Of a DNA stretch of 64,000 bases, positions 35,845-49,150 are shown piece by piece. The translations under genes and the position numbers were made by a program. The notes beneath the pieces were generated by a model, which saw only the letters and a program-made list of their open reading frames with translations, had not been told where the DNA came from and made no database searches. Positions within the stretch are counted from its first letter, which is position 1. The number at the start of each line of letters is the position of its first letter. Source of the DNA: Bispira polyomma (lineage: Eukaryota); the NCBI GenBank assembly GCA_965649765.1, contig OZ287755.1:46500001-46564000 (forward strand), written 5' to 3'.

Positions 35845-36822
35845 GTTCTTCCTCTTCCACATTACATCTGGGGCTGGCTGCCATACAGAGAATCAACTCT
35901 GCTCTGAGGCCTTCCACCACTGGTGCCTACACATCACAGTTTAAGACATTTTTAGCTTTTCTTCATTACTCAGGGCTGCAGCAGCTCTCTGTCACTTCAG
36001 TATTAGCTTTCCTTGAGTACCTAGTACAGAACAGTATTTCTCCCAGAGTAGTCAACAATTACCTGGCAGCTTTAAAATTCATGTTTGCTAAATATAACCT
36101 GGACGTTCGTCCACTCACTCACAACTCAGTTTCATTGTTCTGTCGTAGCATTTCACTTTCTTCTAAATTTAAACCCCCCAAAAAAAGGGATATTTGACAT
36201 CAACCTTCTTAGGGACATTTCCAAAGCTTGTGAAATTTTAGACGACCCACAGCTATTCCGAGCTTCTTTCTTAGTCGCTTTCTTTGGTTTCCTCAGGATG
36301 TCAAATATCGCCCCCCATTCGAGAACTAAATTTGACCATTCCAGACATTTCTTGCGGCAAGAGGTTGTCTTTGGCCCTCCAGGGGCACATTTGATCCTTA
36401 AGTGGGCAAAGAACATGCAGAACAGGTCTGACACACACATCATCCAGCTCCCTTCTCTACAGGATAAATTCCTCTGCCCAGTAGCTGCTTTACAAAAAAT
36501 ATTACATTCTAGACCCCTTAAACCTTTCCAACCCCTCTTTGCTTGCTTAGCCCCTCCTCATCACCCTATTGTAGACTCTCACATCAGATCTGCGCTAAAG
36601 TTAGTCCTCCAACATTTAGGGGTGGACCATAGTTACCATGGGTTCCACACTTTCCGTAGGTCCGGGGCTTCCCTAGCTTTCAACAATAATGTTTCTCTCC
36701 AACAGATTATGTCACATGGCCTTTGGCGCAGCTCAGCTGTGTGGGCTTATCTTAAAAATTCTTCTTCCCAAGCTTCTATAGTTCCACTTACTTTTGCTTC
36801 CATCATCCCCCCTTCTTCCTAG
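35845..36822 (+). CDS. Tyrosine recombinase, copy 3 (same +1 frameshift)
   Basis: Same as copy 1, offset +11166. Confidence 0.9.
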
Positions 36823-37268
36823 TTTGGGTTTGGGTATATTTAAAATCTCTACCAAGGTTTCAATTTTAAACCTTAGTTTTTATAATTGTATATGTAAAAT
36901 TAATACTAACTTGTACAGAATAAATTCTGCAAACACATCTTTCATTACTTCTCAAGGTCACCTTTACTTAACTGACCTCAACCTCACCTGGCCTTAAAGT
37001 GGAACTGTGCTTAGCACGACCATGAAGGGGTCTGCTGGTTCAGTTCGACTTTATTTATGTATAACCTTAATTAGCTAGGTTCACTCTGTTATCCCCCTCT
37101 TCTCTCTATCATCATTAGCCAATCACATAGCTACCCTGTCTTTGGGGATAGCTTTCCCTTAGCATTCCACCATTTTACATTTATGTTTACATCCATCAAC
37201 AAGGGGAAAATTTATTTCTTTTTTTAATTAAACTGATTTTAACTGATTGAGTGTTTAATTTGTGTGTC

Positions 37269-38442
37269 ATGGGAAGGACAAAGAAAACACCAGTTAGCGT
37301 GCCTCAACAGGGGAAAAAGAAGACGACGGTTAGAAAGCCAAATAGTGTGAATGGCCAACTTAGACAAGGTACTATTGTTACTAATTCTGACCCCTTGGCT
37401 TTAAATCTTCAAAGTGTGCTAGCGGAAGCGGCTACAGTCCCCGATACAACTTCTGTGCAGTCGAGTATGGGTGAAGTCCTATCCGTCTTAAAAAAGCTTG
37501 AATCAGCTAATGCAGATATACATAAACGTCTGGACCGGGTGGAGGCCCGTGGCTCGTGTAATTCAACTCCCCTAGGTTCTCCTACAGGGGCTTCTCGCAA
37601 TGGTTCAATAACGGACCACAGACAGGCAACAGATTTTGCGTTACCTCCCCCCCTCAGAGATCACACACGGGGTCGAGTCAGCCATGCTCCCCTCCAATCC
37701 GGACACCAAGATTATCAACGGGATGGGATCATTCCCCGGGTCGACGTGCTACGCTCATTACCTGAAGTGACGGCTGCCGTGAATGAGCGTCTGGCCAGTT
37801 ATGATGCACTATTAAGGAGTGACATTATTCAAGGTAAGACGGCTACAAGGAAAAAATCGGGTCGTTATAACACTACGGACATAGCGGGAGCTGAACCACA
37901 ACTTAGATGGCCCAACGAGGGCTGTGTGGGAGTAGCCACACGAAAGCGGCCTAACTTTGATGAGCTGACGCTGCCCCAATGGCCGGCAGGTCAGCTTTTT
38001 TAATATCTCACAAGTACAGGACCCAGTGTTGCTCAAACAGATGTTAAACCAAGTTATATATTCGCTACGTGATGCTTCCTCTCTCCCATGGTCGGCTGTT
38101 AGGGCTGCATGGGCAGCCAACATGCAGGAGGTCGAAGAGGGGCGTCTCACATGGGAAGACGCTACACAGTGGGCATTATCACGTATGAACGTATCACAAC
38201 TCACATTAGTAAATACCCAAAATTCGCAGGAAACTCAAGGGCCGGGCAATAGTAGGGGTAAAATGATTTGTAAATATTTCAATCTAGGCAAATGTCACCA
38301 TGAGGGGGACCATGGGCAATATAAACATGTGTGTTCCAACTGTAGCAGAATGTTGAACAAAGAACTACCTCACTCAGCAGCTAAGTGTGAAAAAAATAGT
38401 GTACCTAAACAGCAGGGGCAGGGGTTTAATCAGAAGGAATAG
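37269..38442 (+). CDS. gag: Gag-like protein, copy 4 (same +1 frameshift)
   Basis: Same translation as copy 1, offset +16749. Confidence 0.85.
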
Positions 38443-38502
38443 GAGGTTTGTCAGCAACTAACTAGTAGAACAATCAGAGAGTGCGGGTATTATGGCAGTA
38501 AT

Positions 38503-41421
38503 GTGTGTAAAGGTGTTAATGAAGTAGACTTAGTAGATGCTAGTAATGAATCAGACAGTAGTGTTAAATGTTGGACTTTAAACAATAAAGCTTTAGATGA
38601 GAACATTATGAGCAGTGATAGTCAAATTGTCATAGAAGAGAAAGAAAATAATGCTAATTTACAGGAATTAGATATTGGCAATTATGATAGGATTATAAAT
38701 ACAGCTCAGTTAATAGATCATAAGTATGTTAATACTGACAATCACATGAGTTTTTTAGATTGTTCACTCAGCATTGCACGTATTAATACTTACAGAGACA
38801 GTCAGCCTGTGGCTCAGCAGTCTTCCACTGAGGAGATGGCAGATGCAGGTAGCTCTGGATATGACAGCGCTAAACCTTTTCTTGACAATAACATTTGTTA
38901 CACTAACAGTAACCAGGTAGTTAAGGGTGCAGCTAATTCATGTAACATAAGTGCTGATACTAGATGCTATGTAAATAATGAAGTGCAAGCTGCACAGACA
39001 GCTGATAGTAAGGGCACATGTGGTTTACTGACATACACTGCCACAGCATCAGTTTGTAACTGGTTAATGGAAAGTAGTCTGGGAATTCAGAATGTCATAC
39101 ACTTTAAAGTGCATGGTCTTGAAGCTGCCTCGAGTTTACACTTTAAAGTGCATGGTCTTGAAGCTGCCTCGAGTTTTTGTTGTTGTCAGGAGTATAATTG
39201 GACAGATGGCACTATTTTCTACAGGAAAGTAACTGAAATTCCTATCGAGTTTTTGCAAATTTTATGTGTTACAGAAATGGTTGTCACAATAAATCCAGCC
39301 CAATGGGCGTATCAACAATATAATAGTGCTCAAAAAGAACAGGCTGAACTGGCTTACTATTATTACAACAGAGACTGTGAGTGCAGTAAAGTTTATGGTT
39401 GTGGTTACACACAACATATTGAGAACATAATAGATAAATTAACTGAATGTGATGACAACCAAAGTGCTAGTCATAATGCACCCATAAATGGTAAAAATGT
39501 TCTAACACATAATGTTAACATTACTAACTCGACGTCCGTCCGTGTGGCTCAAGAGAACATTATGGGTTGGTCGGTCGACCATACACATAATCCAGTCATT
39601 GATCATGCTTATACGTGTAATGTCACACTTAAGGCTAAGGTAAGTCGCTCTTCTTCGAAAACTGAGACAACAGATGTTCATTATGATACAGGTACAATAG
39701 GATTCATTAGACTTTCCAATACAGATTATGAATTTATTGGCCCAGACAGGGAGCCTATAGCTATCAACAGTGTTGACGATATGTTTCACACTGCTGAGAT
39801 AATAAGAGATACAGGATTACCCAATTATCGATCAGCTAGGATACCACTTAAGTATGGTCTTAATGTGGCAGCGTGGGAAGAACTGCTGCTTCACCACTCT
39901 GATAAGTTGCTCTTACAATACATAAAGTTTGGGTTTCCCCTCTCCTTAGATGATCCTAAGTTACTTCATAATAGCAACAGCATTAATCACCAATCTGTAA
40001 TACAATACCCTCTAGAGGTGCTTCAATATCTTGAAAAGGAAAAGTCTAAGGGTGCCATGTTGGGCCCAGTTAGCACAATCAATGATACACATTTCCATTC
40101 TTCACCGTTGTTAACTAGGCCAAAAGACTTAGGTAAACGTAGAGTGATACTCAATCTTTCCTACCCACATAACTTATCTGTCAACAGCCAAGTAGTCAGG
40201 GATTCTTTTGATAACACAAAGTTTGTACTTAGATTCCCCACAATTGACCATATCACTAAGGAAATCAGAGACATTAATGACCCAGTAGTATTTAAAACAG
40301 ATGTCTCACGAGCTTTCCGTAACCTGAGGGTAGACCCCATAGATGCCATAAAGTTGGGCATAAATTGGGATGGTAACTACTACGTCGACGCTGCCGTGGC
40401 GTTTGGCTGGGCCCACGGCAGTGTGGCGTTCCAGCGTTGCTCTGATATTATTGCTGATTATATGAGATCACATGGGTTTACTTTGTTTTGTTACATAGAC
40501 GATTACGCCTGCGTATGTACCAGAAGTAAGGCAAGTGCAGGTTACACTATCCTACATAACATTTTGAACAAATTAGGTCTTCCAATCAATGACGAGAAAT
40601 CTGTTACACCTGGCACATTCATGACTTTTCTAGGCATTGACATTGATATCATTAAGGGCACCATCAGCATCAACCAAGATAAGATTGACCAAATTTACCA
40701 AGAACTGCAGCATATTATCACCAAAACCTGGCTTTCACGTACCAAATACCAGAGCATGTTAGGAAAGCTATTATATATTCATAAGTGCGTCAAGCCTGCA
40801 AGGATATTTGTTAATAGATTACTGGCTGCCTTTAGAGACAATCCAGGTGTCAAGAGATTCAAAATCACCAATAATATCAGACAAGACATCACATGGTTCA
40901 TTTCGTTCTTACCTCACTTTAACGGCATAACATACATATCACCTACAGATATACCAAATATGCAAGAGTTTCACTTGGATGCTTGCCTGACAGGTTTCGG
41001 CGGTATCTGGAACAAGGAAGTTTACGCTACACCGATACATAACATTTATGGGCGTGACCTTGCAATTACTCAACTAGAAATGTTGAATATCATTATAGCC
41101 CTAAGGCTTTGGGGTAAGCACTGGGCCCACCAGAGAGTCACAGTAAGATGCGACAATCTGGCGGTGGTGTTAGTTGTTGACACGGGTAAAACTAAAGATT
41201 CATTCTTAGCCACATGTATAAGGAACATATGGTTACTAACTTCAAGTTTCGACATTACATTGCACATACAGCACATTAAGGGAAAACAAAATGTTAAGGC
41301 AGATGCTTTATCTCGTATTTACTCAAGTAAGCCACCTAGTGGCCAAGTAATGAAAGAACTTAGTCAGTATTGTTACAAACATATACCACTAGATTTCTTC
41401 AATCTTAATTATGCTATATAA
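38503..41421 (+). CDS. pol: Pol (RT + RNase H), copy 4
   Basis: 972-aa ORF with one V>A change (T>C at 40829). Confidence 0.95.
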   Translation: MCKGVNEVDLVDASNESDSSVKCWTLNNKALDENIMSSDSQIVIEEKENNANLQELDIGNYDRIINTAQLIDHKYVNTDNHMSFLDCSLSIARINTYRDSQPVAQQSSTEEMADAGSSGYDSAKPFLDNNICYTNSNQVVKGAANSCNISADTRCYVNNEVQAAQTADSKGTCGLLTYTATASVCNWLMESSLGIQNVIHFKVHGLEAASSLHFKVHGLEAASSFCCCQEYNWTDGTIFYRKVTEIPIEFLQILCVTEMVVTINPAQWAYQQYNSAQKEQAELAYYYYNRDCECSKVYGCGYTQHIENIIDKLTECDDNQSASHNAPINGKNVLTHNVNITNSTSVRVAQENIMGWSVDHTHNPVIDHAYTCNVTLKAKVSRSSSKTETTDVHYDTGTIGFIRLSNTDYEFIGPDREPIAINSVDDMFHTAEIIRDTGLPNYRSARIPLKYGLNVAAWEELLLHHSDKLLLQYIKFGFPLSLDDPKLLHNSNSINHQSVIQYPLEVLQYLEKEKSKGAMLGPVSTINDTHFHSSPLLTRPKDLGKRRVILNLSYPHNLSVNSQVVRDSFDNTKFVLRFPTIDHITKEIRDINDPVVFKTDVSRAFRNLRVDPIDAIKLGINWDGNYYVDAAVAFGWAHGSVAFQRCSDIIADYMRSHGFTLFCYIDDYACVCTRSKASAGYTILHNILNKLGLPINDEKSVTPGTFMTFLGIDIDIIKGTISINQDKIDQIYQELQHIITKTWLSRTKYQSMLGKLLYIHKCVKPARIFVNRLLAAFRDNPGVKRFKITNNIRQDITWFISFLPHFNGITYISPTDIPNMQEFHLDACLTGFGGIWNKEVYATPIHNIYGRDLAITQLEMLNIIIALRLWGKHWAHQRVTVRCDNLAVVLVVDTGKTKDSFLATCIRNIWLLTSSFDITLHIQHIKGKQNVKADALSRIYSSKPPSGQVMKELSQYCYKHIPLDFFNLNYAI

Positions 41422-41427
41422 TTGTAG

Positions 41428-42405
41428 GTTCTTCCTCTTCCACATTACATCTGGGGCTGGCTGCCATACAGAGAATCAACTCTGCTCTGAGGCCTTCCAC
41501 CACTGGTGCCTACACATCACAGTTTAAGACATTTTTAGCTTTTCTTCATTACTCAGGGCTGCAGCAGCTCTCTGTCACTTCAGTATTAGCTTTCCTTGAG
41601 TACCTAGTACAGAACAGTATTTCTCCCAGAGTAGTCAACAATTACCTGGCAGCTTTAAAATTCATGTTTGCTAAATATAACCTGGACGTTCGTCCACTCA
41701 CTCACAACTCAGTTTCATTGTTCTGTCGTAGCATTTCACTTTCTTCTAAATTTAAACCCCCCCAAAAAAGGGATATTTGACATCAACCTTCTTAGGGACA
41801 TTTCCAAAGCTTGTGAAATTTTAGACGACCCACAGCTATTCCGAGCTTCTTTCTTAGTCGCTTTCTTTGGTTTCCTCAGGATGTCAAATATCGCCCCCCA
41901 TTCGAGAACTAAATTTGACCATTCCAGACATTTCTTGCGGCAAGAGGTTGTCTTTGGCCCTCCAGGGGCACATTTGATCCTTAAGTGGGCAAAGAACATG
42001 CAGAACAGGTCTGACACACACATCATCCAGCTCCCTTCTCTACAGGATAAATTCCTCTGCCCAGTAGCTGCTTTACAAAAAATATTACATTCTAGACCCC
42101 TTAAACCTTTCCAACCCCTCTTTGCTTGCTTAGCCCCTCCTCATCACCCTATTGTAGACTCTCACATCAGATCTGCGCTAAAGTTAGTCCTCCAACATTT
42201 AGGGGTGGACCATAGTTACCATGGGTTCCACACTTTCCGTAGGTCCGGGGCTTCCCTAGCTTTCAACAATAATGTTTCTCTCCAACAGATTATGTCACAT
42301 GGCCTTTGGCGCAGCTCAGCTGTGTGGGCTTATCTTAAAAATTCTTCTTCCCAAGCTTCTATAGTTCCACTTACTTTTGCTTCCATCATCCCCCCTTCTT
42401 CCTAG
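41428..42405 (+). CDS. Tyrosine recombinase, copy 4 (run is C7A6, still +1 frameshifted)
   Basis: As copy 1, offset +16749. Confidence 0.9.
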
Positions 42406-42590
42406 TTTGGGTTTGGGTATATTTAAAATCTCTACCAAGGTTTCAATTTTAAACCTTAGTTTTTATAATTGTATATGTAAAATTAATACTAACTTGTACA
42501 GAATAAATTCTGCAAACACATCTTTCATTACTTCTCAAGGTCACCTTTACTTAACTGACCTCAACCTCACCTGGCCTTAAAGTGGAACTG

Positions 42591-43379
42591 TGCTTAGCAC
42601 GACCATGAAGGGGTCTGCTGGTTCAGTTCGACTTTATTTATGTATAACCTTAATTAGCTAGGTTCACTCTGTTATCCCCCTCTTCTCTCTATCATCATTA
42701 GCCAATCACATAGCTACCCTGTCTTTGGGGATAGCTTTCCCTTAGCATTCCACCATTTTACATTTATGTTTACATCCATCAACAAGGGGAAAATTTATTT
42801 CTTTTTTTTAATTCCCACCTTCCTCCCCTCATTCCACCTTATCTAAGGTTTCTTTTTATCTTATTATTTACTTTTCAACAACACACTCTAATGCTAGCAG
42901 GTTCAGGCTTGTGTTCATTTCTTGCTGGCCTCATCACTTTGCAGCTGTAAGTTTTCCAATAATTATACATTGAAATTTTTAACTTGTCTCTTCCTACTTT
43001 TAACATGCAACGGTTTACTCTAGCAACTTATTTTCTTACTATTGTTATTGTTGTTTTGCTAAAGGCAAGTACTATTATACTTTATCTTTTGTGCTATTGT
43101 GGTGAGAGCCACTCTATTATTCCTAGTTATTTTACAGGGACGTTGTATACTATGTTTTAACCAGGGCTAGTCCCGTTTACACTGTGTTGCACATGCTAGT
43201 CATGGGTATATTTAAAATCTCTACCAAGGTTTCAATTTTAAACCTTAGTTTTTATAATTGTATATGTAAAATTAATACTAACTTGTACAGAATAAATTCT
43301 GCAAACACATCTTTCATTACTTCTCAAGGTCACCTTTACTTAACTGACCTCAACCTCACCTGGCCTTAAAGTGGAACTG
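42591..43379 (+). repeat. Terminal A2 (42591-42813), unique 389-bp spacer, and B2 (43203-43379)
   Basis: A diverges into unique sequence after TTTTTTTTAATT (T8, versus T7 in the other copies). B resumes at TGGGTATATTTAAAATC. Confidence 0.95.
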
Positions 43380-45741
43380 CAGAGCGTACTGTGTGGAGTC
43401 TCCAAACGTGTTTTTTATTTTTGCTCTTCTTGCATGTTCATTGCATATGCAGCGGGTTTAGCCGAGTGAGGGAGAGATGAAGCATCCCTAAAATAGCCTG
43501 GTGAATCATCTGTTTCATCAATATGTGGTCAGATACTTGTATAGCATTGGCCAGCATGTCACCAGCTGAGGTCATCAAAAGTGGCATGTGAATCGAAATA
43601 ACCAACTGCATGTACCAGCTAAAATAAGTGTATCAAAATTGAGTATGAGATGTTAACTTTATCAAATGATTGGGAATATCACTCTAATTCTGAGACGGCA
43701 ATTTAGTCCACTTCCTGTGTCATAAATTTTAATTTCATGTGAGTCTCCTGCTTTAGAGATATTATGAGAGGTAGCTATGATAACCAATTTGGTGGTTATT
43801 AATTTTATTGACGGTCATTAATTTTAAAGGGAGAGGTTTGCAGTGAGCACCACAAAACTCTGGACAGGTTCACAACAAAATATGGTAGGCTGCTAAACAC
43901 TATTTTGGGATTCTATTAAAATATGCAGTGTTGGAAAATAGGGCTTCTATAACCAAATATCCAAATACATCACCCATTCATTCATGGAATATCATTTAAA
44001 AACAATATGTCAACAGCATGGATAAATTTTGGATGTATTGAAGCAACACTAAGTTTATTTTTGTAGATTTATCAAAAATATAGTATTGCAATGGACGTTA
44101 TTAAGTAGATTCCGCTGTAAGCTAGTATCTAAACCTATTTGTACTGTTTTAAAGAGGATGTTACTATGAAACAGTCAAACACAGGCTGCAATTAGTGTAA
44201 ATGAACCCTAAAGTGGTTTGTTTTGCAAGCTATTATAGTCCCATTAGGAGCTAATCAGGATATTGCGGTGGATGTCCATGTCTAAGTGCCAAATAGACAG
44301 TAACACTCAACGTGTGTGTGCTGATCAAATATGGAGATTGTTTGTTCTGTAGTGCAAAGGAAAAGGTTTTGTTATTATTTTTAAACATTAATAAAATATG
44401 AGTACGTTGGTATGAATAGATTTGACAAAAAATCAAAGATTTAAGGTTAACAAGCAAACATTTTGTATTTCCCAGAAGCCACAAACAAAACCAAGTCAAC
44501 ATAAAGTAATTGGGTTAGAAATGACTATTTAGATAATATTTCCGTACTTCAACTATAATAACCATTAACCGTTAACTATGAAGCAAAGTTATCGTAAATA
44601 TATCAAAGATAAAACAGTGTTCTTGTTTATTGCACTGGTGCATAGCCAGCCAAAATTGTATACAAGTAAGGTATTATCAAAAGCAACAGTAACATTTTTT
44701 TTGTCAATTTTTCATGCGGTAACATGTAAACACATGTATTGTTCTTACTGTTTTCAAATTCAGGGAAACGTCGAAATATTTGTATATTTTGTTAAGCAGA
44801 TTCTAGCTTGACCGACAACTGACCATTTACCAGCAATATTTGTTTTAATGTTTTATTATTAAAACAACTAAACTCAACATAAATCGCAGTTTATCGTGGG
44901 TTGTTACCGTTAAATTCAAAATAGTTATCAATGTTGAAATATAATCACATGCATTAAATACCGATTCCGTTATTGTATAAAAACTGTGGCCTGGGACCTG
45001 CAAGGTAACTGTCTCGCCTGCAACCTATGTTTTCCATATTTTAAAACTTGATGCTGCTGCATATATTGAAATAAAATAAAATAAAATGAATCTATACCAA
45101 CTTGCACAGTCCTCTTTTAAACCTTCTTGATCACAGGCAAGATGTAAGCAATGTTTAGGGAGTCCCATAGTGATTAACCATTCTAATTCAAAAAAGTATC
45201 TAGTTCGATTCATTTGGGAAAACATAGAAGCAAATGAATCTGCCTCCTCCCTCCCTGACCACTGTACCCTGACTGTAGTAAATCTCTCCAGCTAAAGGAT
45301 GTGTAACACACTTACACCAGGGACATGTCATGGATAAGCAAGTGACTAGTGGTGAGCAGAAAAAAGTGCAATAAAGGTGGTCAATACCCAAGAGGACAAG
45401 GCTCTTACATTACAGAGAAGATGAGTTATCATCAGTAGGGGATGATGAAGATTTTTTTTCTTCTTCTTTACTAATGTGAATGTGGATTTGTTTTGTTCTT
45501 CTGCAATAGATGTATGCATATTTGAAACATTATTAAACTTATTATATGTCAACCAGCAAGCATACACAAATTATTGCTACGTAGGAGAATGTCCAATTTT
45601 TATTATGGTTTCCCCCCGGTACATAGGTTTGTTTATTGGTTTGATTGTTGTTTCTTTGTCAGCAAGATTACCCAGAAACTGCTGAACTGACTTTGCCAAA
45701 GCCTTGCGGACAATAGAAGATAGCATTACATTTTGGTGTAG

Positions 45742-46004
45742 GGCCGCGGTGGCCTAGTGGTAAGCAAGCATTGCGCTTCACAATTACTGATCTCTCACCT
45801 CTGGGCGGCGTGAGTTCGAATCCTGTCGATGCCTATGTGGGAAAGGTGGTAGTTCCTTAGTGTGGGCCGCTGGTTTCAGTGCAGAACCTTGATCAACTGT
45901 ATGCAGTGTTTCCTCCAGCGTTTCCAACTACCCGTCTCAATATAACCTAAACAGGTACTAGGGTGGACGTTAAATATCCAAATTAAAAAAAAAATTTAAA
46001 AAAA
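45742..46004 (+). mobile_element. tRNA-derived SINE with 14-bp TSD
   Basis: A box TGGCCTAGTGG, B box GTTCGAATCC, A-rich tail, and TSD ACATTTTGGTGTAG at 45728-45741 and 46005-46018. A sister copy is at 58824-59099. Confidence 0.92.
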
Positions 46005-48279
46005 ACATTTTGGTGTAGATTCAGATAAAGATAACTAAGCACTTACTCTGTACTGTAATGCGTATTTACCTTATACATTACAACTTACAAGGTTAAGGGA
46101 TGTTTTGTTTAAGTAACTTATTCATTTACTTTATTATGCTATTAGATGGCTTACTTCCAGTGCTATATGTATGTCACTAAATACCTATTATTTTAAATGA
46201 TGTACCCTTAGGTGAAGAGTTGTGCTCTTCTGAATACTTATAATTATGTTTCGGATGAAATGTTTAGAAACATTTGCAAAACTATTGAACCAATGATTTA
46301 TATATAGGGCTTGTGTACTACAAAATTGAATTTATCGTGCAGTCTGGCTGATAAGTATACCGAAGAGATAACAGTTGGAGTGCAGAAACTTCTTGAACAA
46401 AACATATTTATATTAGTTTTGTATGCCAGACATAAATGTTCTCATTTAACTAATTAAGTATTATATATGTTAGTGTTGTTACATAAAAGACACACAATAT
46501 GTAGGCCTTTATGGTTTAGTCTTGAACAGAAAACGGTTGACAAACTGCATTGTAGTGGTTTGCTCCACGAATGGGCTGCCTGTCATAATGTAATATACTG
46601 TTTTTTAAAGTGATGTCAAAGCGAATGCAAATCAAAAATTTTTGTTTGCCTTAATGTCAGGGATTACAACAGCCAGATAAATTTTCTTGAAATATAACAT
46701 AGTTCACTTTGCCTCAGATGTCTTGTTGACAGTCAACTTAGGGTCTAGCCTAATTGAATGAACAAAAAAAGGAAATGACAACATCCATTAAGGAGTATGA
46801 CTTATTCAGACTTCCTCTCAGACCTTGTATCCTTAATGGGACACAAAGGTCAATGGGAACATGTTCTGCACATTTTTTGTGTGCACTGTTAACCCACAGT
46901 TAAGTTAGCTGGACAATGTTGTTTCAAGTGTTCTAAGAAACTGGTTGTTATACATTTAGACCATGTCGTGATGTGATGCATTGTTGTTGTCAAACTGTAC
47001 TTGAATAAATATTGATTAATCTGACTGCTAAATGTGCCGCATGAAAATATAGCAAGAATTGTCTTTTTTCAAAAGGCACATGCACACACTGTGACATACA
47101 GTAACGATGATATGGCCACTATAAACTCAGGCATGCTTGACATCCCTCAGTTTGGATAGGTCAGTTGCTTACAACCAATCCATATAGGCATTACATATTT
47201 TTTTTCAAATATGGTGGTACCCCTTTTTAGAGTGAAAACAATGAATAAATAACATAATTGAGGAAGAGAAAGAACAATATGCTCTCACTATTTATAATCT
47301 AGACTTCCTAAAAGAAAACTATTCAAATAGTAGTCTTTACTATTGATATTGATACTTTTATAGACAAAAGAAATTGATAACAGAAATTACGACTATAGAA
47401 TCTAGCAATACTATGCAAGAAACAAATACTGAACTCCAACTTGATAAAAAAAAAGAACTTAGGGACGGTCTAGTTACATACAATGTTCTAAAAACATAGC
47501 CAAACAGTCGATCTTAGGTATGGCCTCCACTGTTACACATCTGCCAGGAAAGATTAGATACAGTTGTCAAAGTTTTCAAAAAAATTTGGGCTATTGACAT
47601 TGATTAAAATATCTGCAAGATTAGTATGTGTATCATTAAGTCTTTCAGATACTACGTTCCTTCCTTTTAGAATTCTATTCTCCCTCAACTATCTCCTTTT
47701 CACTAATGACGACCACATCTCCTTGGATTAATGATCCTTACTAACAATTTTGAAGTTTTAGTGCACTGATCCCCCGGTTTGAGAATAGAATGTGACTGAA
47801 AATACTTAGATTAGATAATTTTTCATTAGGTAAGACTTGGTTTTGGTTTGATTATGGTACCTCTACCAGGGAGGTTATGTTTTTGCATTTTGGGCTGCTG
47901 TCTCCAAGTATGTAAATATTATTGTACAATGTATACACTTATTAGTGTAAACCAGGGTGTATATTGTGTGTATATTTTTCATGTATTTAGATAGTATAAA
48001 CAAGCAGTGTTAATATCTGTCAGTTTAATAAACTGTCCACTGTTATCCATTACAGTTGTTTCCTTTTGTTGTTATATAATCAGGCGGCTAGGCAGCTGTA
48101 AATAGTCAGCAAGTTTGTAAAGGTGAAAGATTAAACTATATGATCAGGCTAATGTAACTGTGTCAAGTAAATTTGGATGTGGTTTTCCTCATATAAATAC
48201 CCCCCCCCCCCCCCCCTTTATATTCCACAAATTACAGAAAAACAAACTACAATATATTACTTACCATTATTATGAGTTT

Positions 48280-49150
48280 TTCACTCACTGAGTTAGTCTC
48301 TATACAACATTCTATTAACCCGAGGTAATTCTCCAGCTAAAACAATTATAAAAATGTTAGACTGACTGTTCAATGCTTCACCTAGTATTTTAAGTCAATT
48401 ATACCATGCACAATGAATATAAGATACTGTCATTGGGCATATTATTTTATTCAGTTATGTTAACTCTACTCAGTATATACAAACTACATATGTAACTAAA
48501 ATATTAAGGCAACCTTAAATTGACGATTTAAGTTACTAGCAAGAGATTAAGTTCATACCCTACTTTAGGATCAATTTACTAATTATTTGAGTTAAGGTAA
48601 TCTTACACATTTCAGGTTAATCAGGTAAGGTTGTCTTTTGACTAAGAGTAATTATTAGTTATTTATAGTATATACAAAATAGTATTCAAATTTATGGTAG
48701 GAAATAAAAGCACTAAGAAGATAGAGCAACCATATTAAATATTGAAACTTCCCGGGAGGAAAGACTGCTCTATTTTAGGGAAGCTAATATTTCCTTTATG
48801 ACCCAAATTTAGCCTTTTCCTTTTTTATTCCTTGTGTATTTTGTGTTGTTTTTTCTCTTACAGTATCAATTTATGATTTGACAGCTGAAGTGTGATTATT
48901 TTTGGAACAATGCCGTAATTAATCTGTCACTCGAAGGTCATGAGAGCTTAAAATCTTTGTAATTTGACTTGTAAGATAGTTTTTAGGTATATTTATTTCC
49001 AGCTTGAACTTGTTTTCAACAAATGTGCAGATGACACTTTATTTATGGAGGATGATGCAGTTTTGAGAATTATTACTAAAACTAACTTGTGATTTCATAA
49101 GTGATAGGAATAATCTTCTTTCATAAATATACTAAAATATTGAACAATTT
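48280..49150 (+). repeat. Old dispersed/segmental repeat, paralogous to ~63160-64000
   Basis: Shares CTCACTGAGTTAGT..ACAACATTCTATTAACCC and GGAGGATGATGCAGTTTT..ATTATTACT..TAAGTGATAG..ATAAATATACTA. 50700-50880 also matches 63190-63360. Confidence 0.65.

Larger units (their letters stand above)
20259..43380 (+). mobile_element. Ngaro/PAT-type tyrosine-recombinase retrotransposon with split direct repeats, amplified as [A-gag-pol-YR-B]x4-A-spacer-B
   Basis: Exact 5583-bp periodicity, with units starting at 20259, 25842, 31425 and 37008. Terminal A is 42591-42813, unique spacer 42814-43202, terminal B 43203-43379. RT/RNaseH and YR motifs are present; no protease or DDE integrase motif is recognisable. 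Confidence 0.95.

Noticed and set aside
20259-43380. Prophage/integron, Gypsy-type LTR element or DIRS1-type ITR element
   Set aside because: RT-RNaseH plus YR with no DDE integrase; the termini are split direct repeats, not LTRs or inverted repeats with an ICR.
45742-45830. tRNA gene
   Set aside because: A/B boxes are present, but so are a ~180-nt body, an A-rich tail, a TSD and a second copy: it is a SINE.
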